A DNA stretch of 64,000 nt from Acidimicrobiia bacterium (GTDB lineage Bacteria; Actinomycetota; Acidimicrobiia; Spongiisociales; ZC4RG35). The DNA is taken from positions 2,912,001-2,976,000 of the forward strand of contig OZ244034.1 in NCBI GenBank assembly GCA_965215185.1, written 5' to 3'. Position 1 is the first letter of the stretch, and each line of letters starts with the position of its first letter. Below are positions 59,409-64,000 of the stretch, one piece after another. The notes under the pieces are model-generated. The model did not search any database, was not told the DNA's origin, and was given only the letters and a program-made list of their open reading frames with translations. The position numbers and the translations under genes are program-made.

Positions 59409-60701
59409 ATGAACTACCCAGGGGCTCTTTCCTACCTGGACTCCTGCATAGGTTTGGGGAGAAAGTTCGGCCTGGAACCCATGAGGGCCGTCATGTCCCG
59501 AATGGGCGATCCCCACACCCGACGTCGGGTGATACACGTGGCCGGCACCAACGGCAAGACCTCCACCTCACGCATGGCGGGGCAGGTGCTGGTAACCCAG
59601 GGTTACAGCGCAGGGGTTTTTACTTCCCCTCACCTTCAGGCCGTGGAGGAGAGGATTGCGGTCAATGGCAGATCTCTCACCCCCCTCCAATTTGCCGAAG
59701 CCATCTCGGAGGTGGCCGAGGTGATTGTGGAGGAGGTGGCGGATGGGGGTCGGGGTCTTACCTATTTCGAGTTGACCACCGCGGCCGCCTTCGCCCATTT
59801 CGCCCGGGCCGGAGTGGACGCCATGGTGTTGGAGGTGGGTCTGGGAGGAAGGCTGGACGCCACCAATGTGGTCTCTGCCGAAGTGGCGGTGCTAACCGGT
59901 CTCGGTTTTGACCACACCCAGTATTTGGGAGACACCCTACCGCAGATCGCTCGCGAGAAGTTGGGCATAGTCGATCCCGGCGCGCGGCTGGTGTGTGGTG
60001 CCATTCCACCGGAAGCGGCACCGGTGGTGGAGAGGAAAGCCCGAGCTAGCGGCGCCGAGGTGTTGTGGTTGGGAAAAGACTTCGGGGTGAGGGCGATTTC
60101 TGCGATGCCTGAGGGTGGCTGGAGAGTTTCTGTGGACGGCTTGTACGGATCCTATGAGAACTTGCGGTTGCCGCTGCGGGGACGCCATCAAATCCGAAAC
60201 CTGGCGGTGGCGGTGGCCGCGGCGGAAGCCTGGTTGGAGCGGGGCCTGGATGCCGACCGGCTTCGGGCCGGACTTAGGCGTTTCTCGGTTCCCGGCCGTA
60301 TGGAACTTATTTCAAGGGATTCCACCCTCCTCTTGTTGGATGGCGCACACAACCCCGAGGCATGCACGGTGCTGGCCAAGTCAATGGCCGAGGAGTTCGG
60401 TGAAGGAGGATGGGTGGGAGTTCTGGGAGTGATGGGCGATAAGGATTTAGAGTCGATGATTGCCGCTCTGGCACCCCTTTTGGACAAAGTTGTGGCCTCC
60501 CGGGCCGATTCGCCGCGGGCCCTGTACCCCCATGAAATGGCGGGTCGGATCAAGCGGATTTCGGACCTTCCGGTTATCCAGTGCGCTGATCCGGCGGAGG
60601 CTATCCAAAGAGCTTATAGCCTGGCCGGGCGGGGAGGGCGGGTACTGGTGGCGGGTTCACTTTATCTGGTCGGGGAAGTCCGAACTTTGTTGGGTCTGTA
60701 G
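59409..60701 (+). CDS. folC: Folylpolyglutamate synthase/dihydrofolate synthase
   Basis: HVAGTNGK, TSPHL, EVGLGGRLDATN, DGAHN, GSLY. Confidence 0.96.
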   Translation: MNYPGALSYLDSCIGLGRKFGLEPMRAVMSRMGDPHTRRRVIHVAGTNGKTSTSRMAGQVLVTQGYSAGVFTSPHLQAVEERIAVNGRSLTPLQFAEAISEVAEVIVEEVADGGRGLTYFELTTAAAFAHFARAGVDAMVLEVGLGGRLDATNVVSAEVAVLTGLGFDHTQYLGDTLPQIAREKLGIVDPGARLVCGAIPPEAAPVVERKARASGAEVLWLGKDFGVRAISAMPEGGWRVSVDGLYGSYENLRLPLRGRHQIRNLAVAVAAAEAWLERGLDADRLRAGLRRFSVPGRMELISRDSTLLLLDGAHNPEACTVLAKSMAEEFGEGGWVGVLGVMGDKDLESMIAALAPLLDKVVASRADSPRALYPHEMAGRIKRISDLPVIQCADPAEAIQRAYSLAGRGGRVLVAGSLYLVGEVRTLLGL

Positions 60702-60732
60702 AAGGAGCGTGGCTCCTAACCTTGAGGTGAAG

Positions 60733-60806
60733 GCCGGAGTAGCTCAGCCTGGCAGAGCAGCTCACTCGTAATGAGCAGGCCAGGGGTTCAAATCCCCTCT
60801 CCGGCT
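60733..60806 (+). tRNA. tRNA-Thr(CGT)
   Basis: GCCGGAG…CT-CGT-AA…TTCAAAT…CTCCGGC-T. Confidence 0.95.
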
Positions 60807-60822
60807 CAATAGAATCTTCGAT

Positions 60823-61227
60823 ATGGCTTGTGAACAAACTTTTATAATGGTGAAGCCCGATGGGGTTGCTCGTGGTTTGGTGGGCGAGATCATTCGTCGG
60901 CTGGAATCAAAAGGCCTGCGGATGGTGCAGGCGCGTCTGCAAAGGGTGGGTGAGGAGTTGGCGGGTGAGCATTACGCCGAGCATTGTTCACGCCCCTTTT
61001 ATCAGGATCTGATCTCGTTTGTTACCAGTGGGCCAGTGATGGCGATGGTTTGGGAGGGAGAGTCGGCGGTGTCGGTGGCCAGGGTCTTAATAGGTCCTAC
61101 CAACCCGGCAACTGCGCCACCGGGAACCATCAGGGGAGATTTCGGTCTGGAGACCACCAAGAATCTGGTCCATGGTTCCGACTCTCCAACCAGTGCTTCC
61201 CGGGAAATAGCCCTGTGGTTCAGTTAG
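60823..61227 (+). CDS. ndk: Nucleoside diphosphate kinase
   Basis: [21 protein letters not shown]. Confidence 0.97.
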   Translation: MACEQTFIMVKPDGVARGLVGEIIRRLESKGLRMVQARLQRVGEELAGEHYAEHCSRPFYQDLISFVTSGPVMAMVWEGESAVSVARVLIGPTNPATAPPGTIRGDFGLETTKNLVHGSDSPTSASREIALWFS

Positions 61228-61266
61228 CATTGACATTGGTCGCTAGAGGTTGCTTCCGGAGATGAG

Positions 61267-62289
61267 GTGCTCTCCATGATATTGGGCAGCCAGGGTATGG
61301 CAATTGATCTTGGAACTGCCAACACTCTGGTTTACCTGCGCGGCAAAGGGGTGGTGCTGGGTGAGCCGTCGGTGGTGGCGATTGATTCGCGTACGGGTGA
61401 ACTTCTGGCGGTGGGCGCCGAAGCCAAACACATGATCGGTCGGACCCCGGCGCAGATCACCGCCATTCGTCCTATGCGTGACGGTGTAATCGCCGACTTC
61501 GACATCACCGCTCGGATGATTCGCTATTTCGTGAAGAAAGTCCAGCCCCGCTGGTTCTATCGCCCTGAGATCGTGATATGCGTCCCTTCGGAGAGCAGCA
61601 CGGTGGAACGGCGGGCGGCTGAGGATGCGGCTTTCAAAGCGGGGGCGCGCCGCGCCTACGTCATCGAAGAAAGCATGGCCGCCGCCATCGGTGAAGATCT
61701 CCCGGTTTCCGAGGCCAAGGGCTCCATGGTGGTGGATATTGGCGGCGGAACCACCGAGATCGGTGTCTTGTCCCTGGGAGGAGTGGTGGCAGGCCGGAGT
61801 ATCCGGACGGCCGGATACGCCATGGACCAATCGATCATCGAGTGGATCCAGTATGAGAAGGGTCTGCGGATTGGGACTCGTACCGCCGAAGATCTCAAAA
61901 TAGCCATCGGATCGGCTTGGCCCCGCGAAAACCGGATGGCCGAGATACAAGGGCACAACCTCCACACCGGTCAGCCCGACAAGGTCGTGGTATCCACTTC
62001 CGAAATCCGGGAAGCTATCAAACAGCCAGTGGACGAAATCGTGGATGCGGTTAGGAAAACGCTAACGGTTCTCAACCCCGACATCGCCTCCGACATCATT
62101 GGTCAGGGTATCGTCGTGACCGGGGGAGGGGCCTTGTTGCCCGGGCTCAAAGATCTGTTGGAGAAGGAAATCAAGATCAAGGTGAGGGTGTCCGACAATC
62201 CTTTGTTGTCTGTGGTGTTGGGCGCCGGCAAGTGCCTGGAGGAACGACAATCGTTCAGGAACGCGCTTTCTATCACGTCCAGCGTTTGA
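61267..62289 (+). CDS. mreB: Rod shape-determining protein MreB
   Basis: IDLGTANT, EPSVVA, DIGGGT, TGGGALL. Confidence 0.97.
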   Translation: MLSMILGSQGMAIDLGTANTLVYLRGKGVVLGEPSVVAIDSRTGELLAVGAEAKHMIGRTPAQITAIRPMRDGVIADFDITARMIRYFVKKVQPRWFYRPEIVICVPSESSTVERRAAEDAAFKAGARRAYVIEESMAAAIGEDLPVSEAKGSMVVDIGGGTTEIGVLSLGGVVAGRSIRTAGYAMDQSIIEWIQYEKGLRIGTRTAEDLKIAIGSAWPRENRMAEIQGHNLHTGQPDKVVVSTSEIREAIKQPVDEIVDAVRKTLTVLNPDIASDIIGQGIVVTGGGALLPGLKDLLEKEIKIKVRVSDNPLLSVVLGAGKCLEERQSFRNALSITSSV

Positions 62290-62309
62290 CCTAAGCCAAC
62301 GGGTTAGCC

Positions 62310-63131
62310 GTGTACGAGTTCAGGTCCAGAGGCCGGACCATGGTGTTGACCGTTTTGATGATTGTCTCCCTGTTGTCGGCCACCTTGGAGGTGAGATCTG
62401 GTAGCTGGGGGGTGATGCGGGTCGGTTTGGGAAGTTGGCTGGTTCCTCTGCAGAGAGTGGCTTCGGAGGTCTTCAACCCCATGGTGGATACGGTGGAGGG
62501 TTTGGTGGGCATCGCCACCCTCCGTTCCAGGAATGAAGCGCTGCGCGCCGAGTTGGCCGAAACTTTGGCCGAGATGGCTGCGGTGGAGGACCAACTAGCC
62601 AGGTTGGAATCTTTGGAACGGCTGGTGGGATTGGATCTGCCCAATGTGGAACAGACGCGGACTCTGGCCAATGTGGTGGGGAGACAAGTCGGCTTCGAGT
62701 TCCACCTGAGGATCGACAAGGGTTTGAATGATGGGGTGGTGCCCGGCAACCCGGTCTTGGACGAGAACGGTTATCTGTTGGGGAGGATCGGGTCGTCGAC
62801 TGACGCATTTGCCACCGTGATTCCCATCACGGCTGATGTGGAGAGCGTGACGGTGTTGGTGGCGGGGAGTGTGGGCATTCTGCGGCCACGAGTGGGAACG
62901 GACCTGCTCAGTCTGGAGATCATCGACCGTCCCCCGATAGTGGCGGAAGGCGAAGACGTGGTTACCTCCCAACTCTCAGTCAACTTTCCTCCCGGCTTGC
63001 CGGTGGGGGCGCTGGTGGGGGATGCCCAACTCACCGGGTCGGTGTTGCGTGGGACGGTGAGTCCCTTTTCCGATCCCCAGCGGGTGAGGGCGGTTCTGGT
63101 GGTGTCTTGGCCCTCCGGTCCCAATGAGTAG
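62310..63131 (+). CDS. mreC: Rod shape-determining protein MreC
   Basis: N-terminal TM segment, coiled coil, IDKG…GV, VVTS…FPPGLPVG. Confidence 0.9.
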   Translation: MYEFRSRGRTMVLTVLMIVSLLSATLEVRSGSWGVMRVGLGSWLVPLQRVASEVFNPMVDTVEGLVGIATLRSRNEALRAELAETLAEMAAVEDQLARLESLERLVGLDLPNVEQTRTLANVVGRQVGFEFHLRIDKGLNDGVVPGNPVLDENGYLLGRIGSSTDAFATVIPITADVESVTVLVAGSVGILRPRVGTDLLSLEIIDRPPIVAEGEDVVTSQLSVNFPPGLPVGALVGDAQLTGSVLRGTVSPFSDPQRVRAVLVVSWPSGPNE

Positions 63132-63726
63132 CCGTTTCCGCTCTCGCCGTTACCGGGCTCGCCGAAAGTCCGCCCGAGGCATGGTCAGTTCCCGAATCCG
63201 GCGCGCTTCGCTCCTTTCTCGGCCAGGAGGGACAACCCGTTGGGGAGTGGGTTTTGCATGGCTGGCAGTGGTGGTGGCGGCGGTGGTCCTGCAGACTTCG
63301 GTGATGGGAAGGATCCAGATAATGGGAGTGTCTCCCGATTTGGTAACGGTGGCGGTTGGTTACGCGGCTTTCCGGCTCAAGGACAATGGGGTTCTCCTCT
63401 TGGGTTTCTCAGCGGGTCTGCTATTGGATGTCTCGGGAACCTCAGTGCTGGGGCTGTGGTCATTCTCAATGACACTGGTGGCCTGGGGGGCGGCATTGAC
63501 CCGTGAGCAGGGAGGCCGGGGAATGTCGGTCAATGCCCTGCGAATATTGCTTCTGACCCTGGCCGGCATAGTCGCCCACACCGTGATCAGCGTGGCCTTT
63601 GGAGAATGGTCTCTGGTTATCTGGGAAGCCTTGCGGCGGATGGCGTTGACGCCCAGTATCAATTTCCTGCTGGCCATGGCCCTGTTTCCCATTTCCAGCC
63701 GGCTTTGGGTGCCCGCTCTGAAGTGA
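63124..63726 (+). CDS. mreD: Rod shape-determining protein MreD
   Basis: Hydrophobic protein with PDL and GF…GLLLD; lies between mreC and mrdA. Confidence 0.85.
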   Translation: MSSRFRSRRYRARRKSARGMVSSRIRRASLLSRPGGTTRWGVGFAWLAVVVAAVVLQTSVMGRIQIMGVSPDLVTVAVGYAAFRLKDNGVLLLGFSAGLLLDVSGTSVLGLWSFSMTLVAWGAALTREQGGRGMSVNALRILLLTLAGIVAHTVISVAFGEWSLVIWEALRRMALTPSINFLLAMALFPISSRLWVPALK

Positions 63727-64000
63727 AAGGGACCTATCGGATCGCGGTGGTGGCGGGGATCTTTGCCTTGCTCTTTGGGTTTTTGGGGATCCGCCTATGG
63801 TTTCTGCAGGTGGGAGAGGGGGTTGCCGCGGCGGCGATCGTCTATGAAGAGGGTCTGGTGTCCATCTCAACCCCGGCGCCGAGAGGTGATATCCGGGATC
63901 GCAACGGACAGTTGCTGGCCACCAGTCGAATAGTCCCGATGGTGATATTAGACAGACAGTTACTCCAGTCTTCTCAGAAGGAGCAGGCGATCGCCCGACT
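63723..64000 (+). CDS. mrdA: Penicillin-binding protein 2, 3' truncated by the window edge
   Basis: GTG start, RLWFLQV, APRGDIRDRNG. Confidence 0.88.
   Translation, partial: MKGTYRIAVVAGIFALLFGFLGIRLWFLQVGEGVAAAAIVYEEGLVSISTPAPRGDIRDRNGQLLATSRIVPMVILDRQLLQSSQKEQAIAR

Overview
High-GC actinobacterial chromosome segment. Gene order and content (mec-cysO-cysM, F420 genes, hpnCDE, tig-clpP-clpX-valS-folC-ndk-mreBCD-mrdA) suggest Acidimicrobiia; this is an inference. It is mostly core genome: purH-folD, trmD-rplS-lepB, xerC, rpsB-tsf-pyrH-frr-cdsA-rseP-ispG and six tRNAs. Accessory points of interest: (1) a coupled RecQ-like helicase/PRTase plus DprA-like pair (RqlH/RqlI type), where the PRPP loop is altered and the DprA-like protein ends in a beta-clamp-type motif QLSLF, while the canonical comM and dprA competence genes are decaying; (2) back-to-back methylsuccinyl-CoA dehydrogenase-like and mesaconyl-CoA C1-C4 transferase (Mct) genes; (3) an intact cofG followed by a cofH carrying an apparently dead CofG-like N-terminal domain; (4) a DhpH-like monooxygenase/PPOX/ThDP/cupin catabolic cluster; (5) squalene genes without an adjacent cyclase; (6) a CAD-like pyrB; (7) an IS481 remnant, an unannotated 37-aa membrane peptide and several short tandem duplications. 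No CRISPR array, rRNA or prophage was seen. All family calls come from motif recognition by eye; no searches were run.
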